64,000 bases of DNA from an uncultured bacterium (GCA_903831815.1 CAIKZC010000002.1:7244-71243), one strand, 5' to 3'; numbered from the stretch's first letter, positions 50,927 through 59,886 are shown. Made by a program: numbers and translations. The notes: generated by a model from the sequence alone, not told the origin.

Positions 50927-52015
50927 TTATTTCACTTCGCCGAAAATTCTCTTGTGTATTTGTGAACTGAGTTCACCGGCAATTTTTTCGCCTATTTCCT
51001 TCCCGGAAAACAATAGATAATTATAATCGGACGGATAGCCAACCAGTTCCATAAAACCAACCCCATTTACATTTTTGCCAGCGATAGTTCCAGAAACCTC
51101 AAGCGGTCCTTCCCAATAATTTATAGCCAAAAAAATCATTTCCTGATCGGACATAAGCGATTTGACGTGCAATTTTGCCTCGTACTCAGGGATTTCAATA
51201 TCCCAAGACAATGGATATTCCGCCTTAGTTAATTTGCTTTGCCAAATATCTGCACCGGGTTTTAAAATTAAATTTGAGAAATGAAACGATTCGTTTGCCT
51301 TAGTAATTATATCCACCAAATTCCCTTTCTCCCTCTTGTCATCATATTCGCAACACATAATATCCGTGCCATTGTTGAGCTGGAGAGAAAACCACGTCCA
51401 TTTATCTTTTTTATATGACACATCCGCCCACTGATGATCAAACCACGATTTGCCTTTAACTTTTATTTCTTTGCCGTCAATGAGTAATGTACCCGAAGTT
51501 TCAAGATCGGTTAGTGAGTAGTAATAACTTTCTCTGCCACAAACAGTGATATGTCCCTCTCCTCCTTCGAGCAGAGCCGGCTTTTGCGATTTTAAAATTA
51601 AATCCAGTTTTTCGGTTTTGATATGAAAAACATCGTTTTCAATTTCGGCGATTTCATTATTTTCAAAACCTTTTAAAAGAATGGGATTGATATAATTCAC
51701 GAACAAACGCTCTTTGGTAAAACTATCGTTCGAGACCAACGAAACATTCTGAACTTCTTTATAATTTTTCTGATTTTCAAGGTCGGATACAACTGAATGG
51801 GCAAAACAAATATATTTTTTACCGCCAAGTATTTTATTTACTGGCAAATGTTTCAAATAAGGGATTTCTACATTTTCCACATCCACTCGAAAAAGGCAAT
51901 TCATAAAACTGTATTTATGACCGTTTTCGTCTTCTAATACGCCGTTAAAATACCACCATTCAACTATAGAATCGTGCTCCTTGTGATCTCGCGGAAAAAT
52001 AATTTTCTTATGCAT
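50927..52015 (-). CDS. AttH/CrtC-like lipocalin-fold protein
   Basis: EWWYFNG, YYYS, SWFDHQW, W.WFS.QL, YWEG, GFMELVGY. Confidence 0.88.
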   Translation of the reverse strand: MHKKIIFPRDHKEHDSIVEWWYFNGVLEDENGHKYSFMNCLFRVDVENVEIPYLKHLPVNKILGGKKYICFAHSVVSDLENQKNYKEVQNVSLVSNDSFTKERLFVNYINPILLKGFENNEIAEIENDVFHIKTEKLDLILKSQKPALLEGGEGHITVCGRESYYYSLTDLETSGTLLIDGKEIKVKGKSWFDHQWADVSYKKDKWTWFSLQLNNGTDIMCCEYDDKREKGNLVDIITKANESFHFSNLILKPGADIWQSKLTKAEYPLSWDIEIPEYEAKLHVKSLMSDQEMIFLAINYWEGPLEVSGTIAGKNVNGVGFMELVGYPSDYNYLLFSGKEIGEKIAGELSSQIHKRIFGEVK

Positions 52016-52058
52016 AAGTATTCTGATTATAACACCAAAATACTGATCATCTGAATAT

Positions 52059-52460
52059 TTATGACACTAATTGGGTGCAATGAGAACAACGACGAGCATC
52101 AATAGGAATTTCACTTAAACATTCTTTACATTTTTTGGTCGTAGGGTCGGGTGATGGTTCTTTGTGAGATCTGGAAACAAGCAAATTAATCGGTTTAACC
52201 ACAAAAAAGAAAATGGTCATTGCTACGAGAATAAAAGAAATCAGTGCATTAAGAAAATGACCATACATAAATTTACTGCCATTTATAGTGAATAAAAGTC
52301 CGCTAAAATCCGGGACTTTAGCTATAGCTGAAATAAATGGAGTTAAAATATCCGAAACCAGACTGGCTACTACAGAACTAAAAGCGGCGCCGATGACGAC
52401 ACCGACCGCCAAGTCAACAACATTACCGCGAAGTATAAATTGTTTAAATTCTTTTAACAT
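52059..52460 (-). CDS. mscL: Large-conductance mechanosensitive channel with C-terminal Zn ribbon
   Basis: EFKQFILRGNVVDLAVGVVIGAAF; C-term CKEC...CSHC. Confidence 0.95.
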   Translation of the reverse strand: MLKEFKQFILRGNVVDLAVGVVIGAAFSSVVASLVSDILTPFISAIAKVPDFSGLLFTINGSKFMYGHFLNALISFILVAMTIFFFVVKPINLLVSRSHKEPSPDPTTKKCKECLSEIPIDARRCSHCTQLVS

Positions 52461-52486
52461 AAATTTTAATTAGTCGATAAACCTAA

Positions 52487-52660
52487 CTAAAAACCGAGTA
52501 ATTTTACTTTTATATACAAAGTGAGCATGCCAATCACAAAACCGGACACAAATATAAGGGTGCTGTTGAATTTAGCGCCACCCTTGACGAAAAAAGTGAT
52601 ACATAACACCACTACTAAAGCGATGGCGACTCCAATAAAAAATCCAGTAAGTGTATTCAT
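52487..52660 (-). CDS. Small two-TM membrane protein (57 aa)
   Basis: MNTLTGFFIGVAIALVVVLCITFFVKGGAKFNSTLIFVSGFVIGMLTLYIKVKLLGF; below the ORF-track cutoff. Confidence 0.65.
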   Translation of the reverse strand: MNTLTGFFIGVAIALVVVLCITFFVKGGAKFNSTLIFVSGFVIGMLTLYIKVKLLGF

Positions 52661-52797
52661 GTAATTAAAATTAGATGATTAAATCTTTTATTCATTATAA
52701 CATACCAATGAGAGCGTATTATTTACGGCTATTGCCTTTATACAATTTATATGGTAAAGTATAAATAGAGTCGAACATCAAACACAAGGAGACAACG

Positions 52798-53172
52798 ATG
52801 AACGAAAGTGAGACGCTGGTCGGCAAAAAGATGATTGAACTCCGAGACGGACTTGCAGCGTGGGCGGAAGCGAATAGGGTTCTAGGCGCAGGGCAAAGAC
52901 TTGTCTTCACTCTTCGGATTGAAAACACGCCGACCGTTGTGTGCGAAGGGTCAACAACCACGACCACTGACATCACACCTCAGCAGGTCTATGACGCGAC
53001 TTTGCGAGTAAAACAGAGACACAAATCTGTGTCCTCACTGAAGGTTAGCACGGAACTTGGTTGTGGGAGTGCGTTAGCTATGCGAATTTACAAACGTGGG
53101 AGTTGGTTTCGAGCGGCATATTTCGCAGCGCAGGAAGGTAAACCCTTCCCAGAAAATCCGGCCAAAGCGTAG
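52798..53172 (+). CDS. Hypothetical protein with possible C-terminal HTH
   Basis: AAGGAG SD; terminator at ~53202-53236. Confidence 0.65.
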   Translation: MNESETLVGKKMIELRDGLAAWAEANRVLGAGQRLVFTLRIENTPTVVCEGSTTTTTDITPQQVYDATLRVKQRHKSVSSLKVSTELGCGSALAMRIYKRGSWFRAAYFAAQEGKPFPENPAKA

Positions 53173-53290
53173 CCAGATCGCTTAACGAAGACATCGCAGA
53201 CGAGCAGAAGGAGTCCTCCCTACTGCTCTTTTTTTTATATAAATATAAAAAAGCCCCAGCCGAAACTGGGGCAGATTAAACAAAGAACAA

Positions 53291-53689
53291 CTAGTCTTCT
53301 TGGGGTCTTCTTGGAGCAAGATCGTAAACTTCCAACAATTTCTTTTTGGAAGCTATATTGACACTATTGCCCATACGTAAAGAGCAATGGATTAATTCCT
53401 CCGAGTTAATGATGATTGCCATGTGGGTCCACGGACGTAACAATTCGGTTTCCTTTCGTTTGAAAAAGACGGAATGCCCGATAGGCATCAAGGTAAACTC
53501 ATCGGGAGAAAGATGAAATTCAAACGGCGGAGGGAGGCTCTTGATAAGTCGAGGCAAATTTATTCCAACCCCAAAATAAACTTGCCGAACAAAGTGAACA
53601 CAATTGAATGTGTCCCAGTCAAAAGGTTTACCTAAATAATGACATGAAACAATAACGATACGTTCGGACAGTTCTTTAGAGAGAAACAT
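53291..53689 (-). CDS. NlpC/P60 family cysteine hydrolase
   Basis: YLGKPF...NCVHFV..VY, HMAI, IHC; AAAGGAG SD. Confidence 0.8.
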   Translation of the reverse strand: MFLSKELSERIVIVSCHYLGKPFDWDTFNCVHFVRQVYFGVGINLPRLIKSLPPPFEFHLSPDEFTLMPIGHSVFFKRKETELLRPWTHMAIIINSEELIHCSLRMGNSVNIASKKKLLEVYDLAPRRPQED

Positions 53690-53809
53690 GCCAAACTCCT
53701 TTCTTTTTTTAGTTAAAAGACGCAGAAAAACAGAGGTATGTATTATATAAAACTAGACCAAGTTGAAATTTTTTTATTTAAAATCATTTTTTTGGATAGA
53801 GTAACTTGC

Positions 53810-54574
53810 TTAAGTTAAAATTTGTTCAAGCTCTCCGACTTTCTTCAAATAAATAGAGCAACTTTTACAATCGCAATTTAGATCGGCTACGGGACGAGCT
53901 CCACCAAGAGGCTTCAACACATAATCTTTTACGACAAGCCATAGCTTAAATTTTTTGTTGAGATCAGCTTCCTTTAAAAATTTTTCAATAAGGACCGAAA
54001 AAGGTTTGTCCCAAGACCTTAAATCCTTTAATAAGCGCTTTGAGCTAACCTGCCATCTTCCAACGGTCCTATAACGCATTTCTATCAAATTCGTAAGATT
54101 GGTGTGCATGCCCGCAAATGCAGCAGCAGGGTCGCTTTGCAAATATCGTTCAATACAGTTGGTAAAATGATAAGCAAGAAAAATAATACCTTCATAATCG
54201 GCCGGCTTATATTTTGGTGCTTTTACTTTAGAGTATTTTTTCTTCAGCTCGCGAAGCTTACCTGTCTTATCAAAAATAATTATCGATTCGGCGATCATCG
54301 GTACTCGTTCTCGTTTCGCCACCTGTTTGTCCATCACGGCGATAATATGATCATAAGACATGAATGTAATATCCAACTTCACTCCGCGAATGAAAGGATG
54401 ACTCACATGCGTGCAGTCACTTTTATCCACCAGAACTTTTACATCAATATCACTTTCCTTCCCAAATTCTCCTCGAGCCGCCGAACCAAAAATATAAGCA
54501 CCAAGAAAATGCTTGTCATTATCTAGCTTCTTTAAATCTTCCAAAATAGATTTCTGTAGCTTTTTGTAATCCAT
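53810..54574 (-). CDS. Pol-beta superfamily nucleotidyltransferase with helical C-terminal domain
   Basis: IFGSAARG...SDIDV, LDI. Confidence 0.85.
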   Translation of the reverse strand: MDYKKLQKSILEDLKKLDNDKHFLGAYIFGSAARGEFGKESDIDVKVLVDKSDCTHVSHPFIRGVKLDITFMSYDHIIAVMDKQVAKRERVPMIAESIIIFDKTGKLRELKKKYSKVKAPKYKPADYEGIIFLAYHFTNCIERYLQSDPAAAFAGMHTNLTNLIEMRYRTVGRWQVSSKRLLKDLRSWDKPFSVLIEKFLKEADLNKKFKLWLVVKDYVLKPLGGARPVADLNCDCKSCSIYLKKVGELEQILT

Positions 54575-54656
54575 AGCCAAAGCATACCAAAATTGAAACT
54601 AATTTTACAGCAGGGTTAGAATGCCCGCTGTGATATGAATAATTGACTGAAAATTG

Positions 54657-54728
54657 GGTGACCACCCGGTTATGCTCCGGGGCTAAAAGCTCCACAAGCT
54701 TCTGTGCTGCTATTACACCATGGTCACC
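54657..54728 (-). tRNA. tRNA-His(GUG), non-canonical D/T loops
   Basis: G-1 GTGACCA/TGGTCAC C73; anticodon arm GAAGC-TTGTGGA-GCTTT; T arm CCCGG-AGCATAA-CCGGG. Confidence 0.8.
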
Positions 54729-55234
54729 ATGTTTTGCCAAGGCTTTACGAAACTTAAAAACCTTCGCTTTTCAAGCTTATCATGATGTATGAGGTAATGG
54801 CAATTGTGACAGAGCCAAACTAGATTTTTTATATTTAAATTTGAGTGATCTTGATCGATGTGATGCACAACAAGAATTCTTGAATCTACCTTGTGACAAA
54901 GTAAACATTCTGCTTTTAATCCGCTTTTTAACACTATTTTTCTATAAATCGTCTGCCCACCCTTCCAACCTAAATGTTTTTTGCCGCTATATTCAACATT
55001 CCTCCATTTAGTCTGACAAGATTTTCCACAAAAATATTTACCACTTTTAGAACGACTAATTTGCGACATTGTTTTATAAATAACTTTGTTACAAACATAA
55101 CAATTGGTCTCTTTTCTAGTTCTTGTACCAAACTTCTTACAATATCTTGAACAAAATATCCCCCACCCTATTTTTTCATGACTAGGTTTTACATAAAAAT
55201 CATTATTGCAAATTTTACATTTATGAATTGACAT
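54713..55234 (-). CDS. Zn-finger + HNH endonuclease
   Basis: Two CxxC...C(S/G)xxC repeats; VHHID...N...NLVWLCHNCH...H. Confidence 0.88.
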   Translation of the reverse strand: MSIHKCKICNNDFYVKPSHEKIGWGIFCSRYCKKFGTRTRKETNCYVCNKVIYKTMSQISRSKSGKYFCGKSCQTKWRNVEYSGKKHLGWKGGQTIYRKIVLKSGLKAECLLCHKVDSRILVVHHIDQDHSNLNIKNLVWLCHNCHYLIHHDKLEKRRFLSFVKPWQNMVTMV

Positions 55235-55727
55235 TTATTTTAATTTTACTATTAAATCTCGTTAGTTCAGAGGAATTATTATGAACAAGAAAATGGCAAT
55301 TGTGACAAAGCCAAGTTAAATTAGATAAAGAGTTATTCTCTCTATTTTTATCAATATGGTGAACCGACAAAATACGGGGATCTTTTTCTCCACACAATAT
55401 ACAAATAATCGCAGTATCAGCCCTTTTCAAAATATTTTTATATGAGAACTTACCATTTATCCAATTTGAGTGATTTTGTCCCCTATTTTTACCGCCAAGC
55501 CATTTATTGCTACAATTTACGCCACAAAAAAACTTTTTATTCTTTGAATTATTTATATCTTTATTTTTCTTATAGACTTTCTTACCGCAAACAAAACATT
55601 CAATAATTTTACCTTTCTTCCTACCTAGAATTTGACATTTAACTGAACAATAATGTTTTTTGGCAAGAAGAACTTGCGATCTTTTTCTTACAAAATATCG
55701 AGAACATATTTCACATCGAATAATCAT
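55221..55727 (-). CDS. Zn-finger + HNH endonuclease (paralog)
   Basis: Same architecture, VHHIDKNRENN...LTWLCHNCH...H; TGTTATAAT 6 nt before ATG 55727. Confidence 0.88.
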   Translation of the reverse strand: MIIRCEICSRYFVRKRSQVLLAKKHYCSVKCQILGRKKGKIIECFVCGKKVYKKNKDINNSKNKKFFCGVNCSNKWLGGKNRGQNHSNWINGKFSYKNILKRADTAIICILCGEKDPRILSVHHIDKNRENNSLSNLTWLCHNCHFLVHNNSSELTRFNSKIKINVNS

Positions 55728-55784
55728 TGTTCCATTATAACACAATGGATGACTCACTGTTAGTATCGAACGTTCTGGATGATA

Positions 55785-56339
55785 CTATTTGTAATTAGGC
55801 GATTCTTCGGTAATTCCAGACTTGTGGTTACTTAGTCTAGCGAGAGCATAGAGAATGCTGGAAAGACGATTGAGAAAAGCGAGGGTTGTCGGTTGAATTT
55901 TAACCTTCCCCTCTTCAGCGACCGCGACGACTCGGCGCTCGGCACGGCGCGCGATCGTGCGCGCGAAATCAAATTTCGCCGCCATTTCGGTACCGCCGGA
56001 AATAAAGAAGGTTTTTATCGGCGGCATTTCGCGCTCACAGGCCACGATTATTGTTTCCATTTCTTTGATTTTTTCTTCCGGCACATCCATCGGAAATCCG
56101 GCCACCTGAGCTTGCACCATAAAAAGTGTTTGCTGCAGACCATGCAAGATCGCTTCAAACTTCTTGTTGGCAATCACAAAACTGCGTCTTTCTGAAGCAA
56201 CTTTGCAAATTCCAAGAAACGAGTTTATCTCGTCGAGTGAACCAAGGGCTTCGGCCACAATCGAGCTTTTAGACAACTTCTGGTCGCAACCATAAGTCTT
56301 TGTTGAACCGTCATCACCTTTTCCTGTGAATAGTGACAT
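55785..56339 (-). CDS. ATP:cob(I)alamin adenosyltransferase, PduO type
   Basis: TGKGDDGST, GSLDEINS, RTIARRAER, NRLS. Confidence 0.93.
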   Translation of the reverse strand: MSLFTGKGDDGSTKTYGCDQKLSKSSIVAEALGSLDEINSFLGICKVASERRSFVIANKKFEAILHGLQQTLFMVQAQVAGFPMDVPEEKIKEMETIIVACEREMPPIKTFFISGGTEMAAKFDFARTIARRAERRVVAVAEEGKVKIQPTTLAFLNRLSSILYALARLSNHKSGITEESPNYK

Positions 56340-56361
56340 ATAATTTTAGGTTATGAATATG

Positions 56362-56445
56362 TGCTCGGGACAGGACTTGCACCTGCACGCCCTTACGGGC
56401 TTACGCACCTCAAGCGTAAACGTCTACTAATTTCGCCACCCGAGC
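56362..56445 (-). tRNA. tRNA-Leu(GAG), non-canonical D/T loops
   Basis: GCTCGGG/CCCGAGC acceptor; TTGAGGT anticodon loop; long variable arm; T arm GCAGG-TGCAAGT-CCTGT. Confidence 0.9.
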
Positions 56446-56446
56446 G

Positions 56447-57136
56447 TCATTTTGTCAATATCCGCACCGTCTGTTTATGAACTATAGCTAAACTTTGCTT
56501 AATTTTCAAGTTTTTTCTAGATAAGCAAGTAACATCCTGTTTGTAATACATACCTTTAACTAAAGCAATCCCCTCTTTTTTTGCGTATCTAAGTTGATAG
56601 CAACCATTCAACCTATTTGTATAGGTTACATGTCCATTTAATTTCAAAAACCTGAAAACAGATGCCTGAATCCAATCAATGAATTCCTTACTCGCAGAAG
56701 CAAGACTTAGATAAAACATAAAGCTAGATCTCCAACGTGGATCCCAATATGAATAACTACAACCATCACCGTCAAAACACCCTCTCAAAAAATCGAAGAA
56801 ATATTCGTCTGGAATTTTAATTTTTCCAATTGTTAAAGACTTTGCTGAAGTGATTCCAATACTCTGAAGAAATTCATAAAACAGCACGTCTCCAAACTGA
56901 ATTCTGAAAGACATATTCTTTCCGCCTCCAGAAAAAGTTTTACCAACTTTAATGTCAACAATATTAAGACATTTCACAAAATTATTTATCTGTTCTATAT
57001 CTTTTGAAACAAAAATAATATGTCGACCATCACACGAAAGACAACCATCCGTAACAATCAACCCAATCGAATACGCAAAATTTGCCGACCATTCAATTTT
57101 GATTTTTCCTTTTGGTTTTGGTCCTGTGATGCTCAT
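56447..57136 (-). CDS. LAGLIDADG homing-endonuclease-like protein (two motifs)
   Basis: AYSIGLIVTDGC and DFLRGCFDGDGC. Confidence 0.9.
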   Translation of the reverse strand: MSITGPKPKGKIKIEWSANFAYSIGLIVTDGCLSCDGRHIIFVSKDIEQINNFVKCLNIVDIKVGKTFSGGGKNMSFRIQFGDVLFYEFLQSIGITSAKSLTIGKIKIPDEYFFDFLRGCFDGDGCSYSYWDPRWRSSFMFYLSLASASKEFIDWIQASVFRFLKLNGHVTYTNRLNGCYQLRYAKKEGIALVKGMYYKQDVTCLSRKNLKIKQSLAIVHKQTVRILTK

Positions 57137-57185
57137 ATTTTCAATTATATTAATTAACTAAATATGAGTTTGGGAGTTATACACA

Positions 57186-57216
57186 ACAAAAAACCTCCGA
57201 AACCGGAGGTTTTTGT
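57186..57216 (-). terminator. Terminator of rplS
   Basis: aaaaacctccg-aaac-cggaggttttt. Confidence 0.8.
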
Positions 57217-57248
57217 TTTTTTCTTTTTTAATTTATTTCGTGGATTTC

Positions 57249-57671
57249 TTATTTTGCTGCTTCGGTCTTTTCGGTAACTTCGGCTTTTGTGTTTTCGGCT
57301 GGAACTTCTGCTTCCGGCACATCCTTGGCGGTACGGATATTTCTCATTTGTCGAGAAATTTCCTTGGCAGCCTTAGTACGAATATGATAGAGCTTTGCGC
57401 GACGAACTTTAGCGCGTTTGATAATCTTAATCTCGTCAATCATTGGAGAATATAACGGGAAAACTTTTTCTACACCAACACCGGAAGCAACGCGTCGTAC
57501 GGTAAAAGTAGCACCGGCTTCATTGCCATGTTTGTGAGCAAGAACAAGTCCTTCGAAAGACTGAAGACGGAATTTATCCTTTTCTTTGATCCTTTGAACA
57601 ACATCAACGGTATCGCCAGCGCGAATGCCGAGTTTTATTCTGCTATCCATGTTTACGGGAGTAATTTTCAT
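57249..57671 (-). CDS. rplS: 50S ribosomal protein L19
   Basis: GDTV, RLQSFEG, TFTVRR..SGVGVEK.FP, KVRRAKLY. Confidence 0.97.
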   Translation of the reverse strand: MKITPVNMDSRIKLGIRAGDTVDVVQRIKEKDKFRLQSFEGLVLAHKHGNEAGATFTVRRVASGVGVEKVFPLYSPMIDEIKIIKRAKVRRAKLYHIRTKAAKEISRQMRNIRTAKDVPEAEVPAENTKAEVTEKTEAAK

Positions 57672-57719
57672 ATATATTGCGGTGAGGGAAACTTTAGCAT
57701 AGAGCGGCGTTTTAGGCAA

Positions 57720-58469
57720 CTATTTTGACGTTTCTGTCGATATACCAAGAGTTTTAAGGGCATTTGTAAAGTCGGCCGGATATGGCGCCGAAACAGAAAT
57801 TGGCTCATTTTCTAGGTTTTTGAACGAAATAGATTCGGCATGAAGAGCGAGTCTCTCAAATCCTAATATACCATTTCGGTTGGGTGCATAGACTGGATCA
57901 CAAACAATCGGATGACCAACGGATCGTAAATGCACCCGTATTTGGTGCGTTCGGCCAGTTTTCGGCATCACCTCAACAAAGGTAACCTCATCGGTTTTGT
58001 GAACGACTCGATACTCAGTCGCCGCTTCTCGCAGTGTCCCCCGTGCATCCGTACCAATTGCAAAGCGTCGAAAATCCGTTTTGCTGCGTCCGATTGGCGA
58101 ATCAATAATTTGACGATCAACTGCCACACGACCATAAACAAATGCGTAATAAGTTTTTTTAACTTTGCGGGTTTCAAATTTTTTCTGCAAATCTTCAAAT
58201 GCGGTCTGATTTTTTGCCACAACCAAAACACCGGAGGTTTCGCGATCGATTCGGTGCACTAATCCCCAACGTTTCACTGATTTGCCCTGCCCTATTTCAA
58301 TTTCACCTCCAATATTTTGGAGTTCAGGATATTTTTTAGAAAGCCAATCGGTGAGACTCCCAGTCGCCCGACCAACTTTTAATTTTTCGTCGGAGTGCAC
58401 CAACAAACCAGCCGGTTTATCCAGAATTAAATAATTTTTATCTTCAAAAAGAATTTTTGGCGTGATCAT
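57720..58469 (-). CDS. RluA/RluD family pseudouridine synthase
   Basis: KPAGLLVH, HRIDRETSG, TGRTHQIRVH, LHA. Confidence 0.95.
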   Translation of the reverse strand: MITPKILFEDKNYLILDKPAGLLVHSDEKLKVGRATGSLTDWLSKKYPELQNIGGEIEIGQGKSVKRWGLVHRIDRETSGVLVVAKNQTAFEDLQKKFETRKVKKTYYAFVYGRVAVDRQIIDSPIGRSKTDFRRFAIGTDARGTLREAATEYRVVHKTDEVTFVEVMPKTGRTHQIRVHLRSVGHPIVCDPVYAPNRNGILGFERLALHAESISFKNLENEPISVSAPYPADFTNALKTLGISTETSK

Positions 58470-58472
58470 AAA

Positions 58473-58745
58473 TTATAGTTGATCAAATTTAGTGTATTCT
58501 TCCTCGACTTTGCCCCACATGACATTCAGACTTTCGACTTGAGCATTTTCCGGACCAACACTGATAGATTCTAGAAAAGTTTTCAAAACATTTTCTTCCC
58601 CCTGTGCCACCACCTCAACCGTACCGTCTTCCATATTTTTTGCATACCCAAAAACACCGAGGCTATCGGCTTTTTCTTTAGCAAACTGGCGAAAGAATAC
58701 TCCCTGAACGTCGCCATGAACTATGCAATAAATTTCTTTTTTCAT
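58473..58745 (-). CDS. acyP: Acylphosphatase
   Basis: VQGVFFR, GYAKN..DGTVE. Confidence 0.93.
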   Translation of the reverse strand: MKKEIYCIVHGDVQGVFFRQFAKEKADSLGVFGYAKNMEDGTVEVVAQGEENVLKTFLESISVGPENAQVESLNVMWGKVEEEYTKFDQL

Positions 58746-58833
58746 AGGGTTACACTATCTTGAGATATCCTGCATACTACACCAAAAGTTGATTATTCTG
58801 AAATTATCGGTTAATGTATTGAGACATTTTAAT

Positions 58834-58909
58834 GCGCGATTAGCTCAGTTGGTAGAGCAACAAGTTTACACCTTGAAGGTCGCAGGTTCGAGTCCTGCAT
58901 CGCGCACCA
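58834..58909 (+). tRNA. tRNA-Val(UAC)
   Basis: GCGCGAT/ATCGCGC acceptor, TTTACAC loop, GGTTCGAGTCC, encoded CCA. Confidence 0.96.
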
Positions 58910-58926
58910 AATTAAGTTAACTATTG

Positions 58927-58998
58927 TGCCCCGAGCAGGAATCGAACCTACATACCCGGCTTAGAAGTCCGGAGTTTTATCCATTAAACTATCGGGGC
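58927..58998 (-). tRNA. tRNA-Arg(UCU)
   Basis: GCCCCGA/TCGGGGC acceptor, CTTCTAA loop, GGTTCGATTCC. Confidence 0.93.
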
Positions 58999-59021
58999 TA
59001 ACAGTAAACACACTACCAGTC

Positions 59022-59351
59022 CTAAAGCGAAGGGTCAATGAACACAGGTTTTTGTGTCTGCAAACTATTTAATATTTTCGCTTTGGCATCAAAATCTTGA
59101 ATTATCCTATTCAAATTATTTTTATCGATCGTTTCATTGTGCGGCGGAGTTTTAGATCCTTCATCAAAGATGTCTCCTGCCCTTACACCCAGAAAGACAT
59201 GCACACTGTAAGAAACGACAATGATCATGATCAGTAAAAAGAAAGTTAAAAGTATTTCCCAATCGAAACCTTGACCCCGACCGCAGATCGACAATCCGCT
59301 AAAATCAGTGCGACGGAAAATCTTTTTAAAGTAATTTTTGATTTTATCCAT
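59022..59351 (-). CDS. Single-TM protein at the end of the pilMNO cluster
   Basis: One TM; C-term FIDPSL; operon position. Confidence 0.65.
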   Translation of the reverse strand: MDKIKNYFKKIFRRTDFSGLSICGRGQGFDWEILLTFFLLIMIIVVSYSVHVFLGVRAGDIFDEGSKTPPHNETIDKNNLNRIIQDFDAKAKILNSLQTQKPVFIDPSL

Positions 59352-59352
59352 A

Positions 59353-59886
59353 TTAAATACTTTCAGTTACATTAATATCGAAAGTCGCTGTCCATGAAGA
59401 ACTGTAACCACCACTCGTAATAGGTGTCCTGTTGATCATAAATCCTTGCACATGAATATCATATGGCAAATTTTCGATCTGACTCATAAAATACATCGTA
59501 TTGCTCCAAGTCCCCGTAGTTCCCACTTGCAAACTTAAATTATTGCTAGTGTTAGCAACCCCATCAGAGGCAGAAATATTGTTCGTTTTACTCTCCAAAC
59601 CGCTTTTTGTTGCTAAAGATTCAATTTGACCAATAAAAGTAATTTCACTGTCTTTAGGCAATAAAAATATCGCGAGTTGTTGACGTTGTGATTCCGTTTC
59701 CTTTATGATCGCTCGCAAAGAACCCAAACGACTATTTTTTTGCTCACTAACATTGATCGCGTTGATCAAATTCGATGACGATTGAGTTTCTGTCACAATG
59801 AAATGGAACAAAAAATAATACCCTGTAACGGCGAAAAGATTGCAAACGATTAGTATGATCAAAATTTTGGTTGACTGAAACTTCAT
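59353..59886 (-). CDS. PilO-like pilus assembly protein
   Basis: TM + coiled coil; FIGQIESLA..SG, GTW.N...F...IENLPY. Confidence 0.75.
   Translation of the reverse strand: MKFQSTKILIILIVCNLFAVTGYYFLFHFIVTETQSSSNLINAINVSEQKNSRLGSLRAIIKETESQRQQLAIFLLPKDSEITFIGQIESLATKSGLESKTNNISASDGVANTSNNLSLQVGTTGTWSNTMYFMSQIENLPYDIHVQGFMINRTPITSGGYSSSWTATFDINVTESI

Noticed and set aside
53810-54574. MNT-HEPN toxin-antitoxin pair
   Set aside because: No separate HEPN gene or RxxxxH-bearing partner is adjacent
54519-54740. 73-aa ORF
   Set aside because: It covers the tRNA-His cloverleaf and the promoter of the nucleotidyltransferase gene
56447-57136. LAGLIDADG gene as part of a group I intron or intein
   Set aside because: The flanking tRNA-Leu and rplS are intact; no split host gene or intein termini are seen
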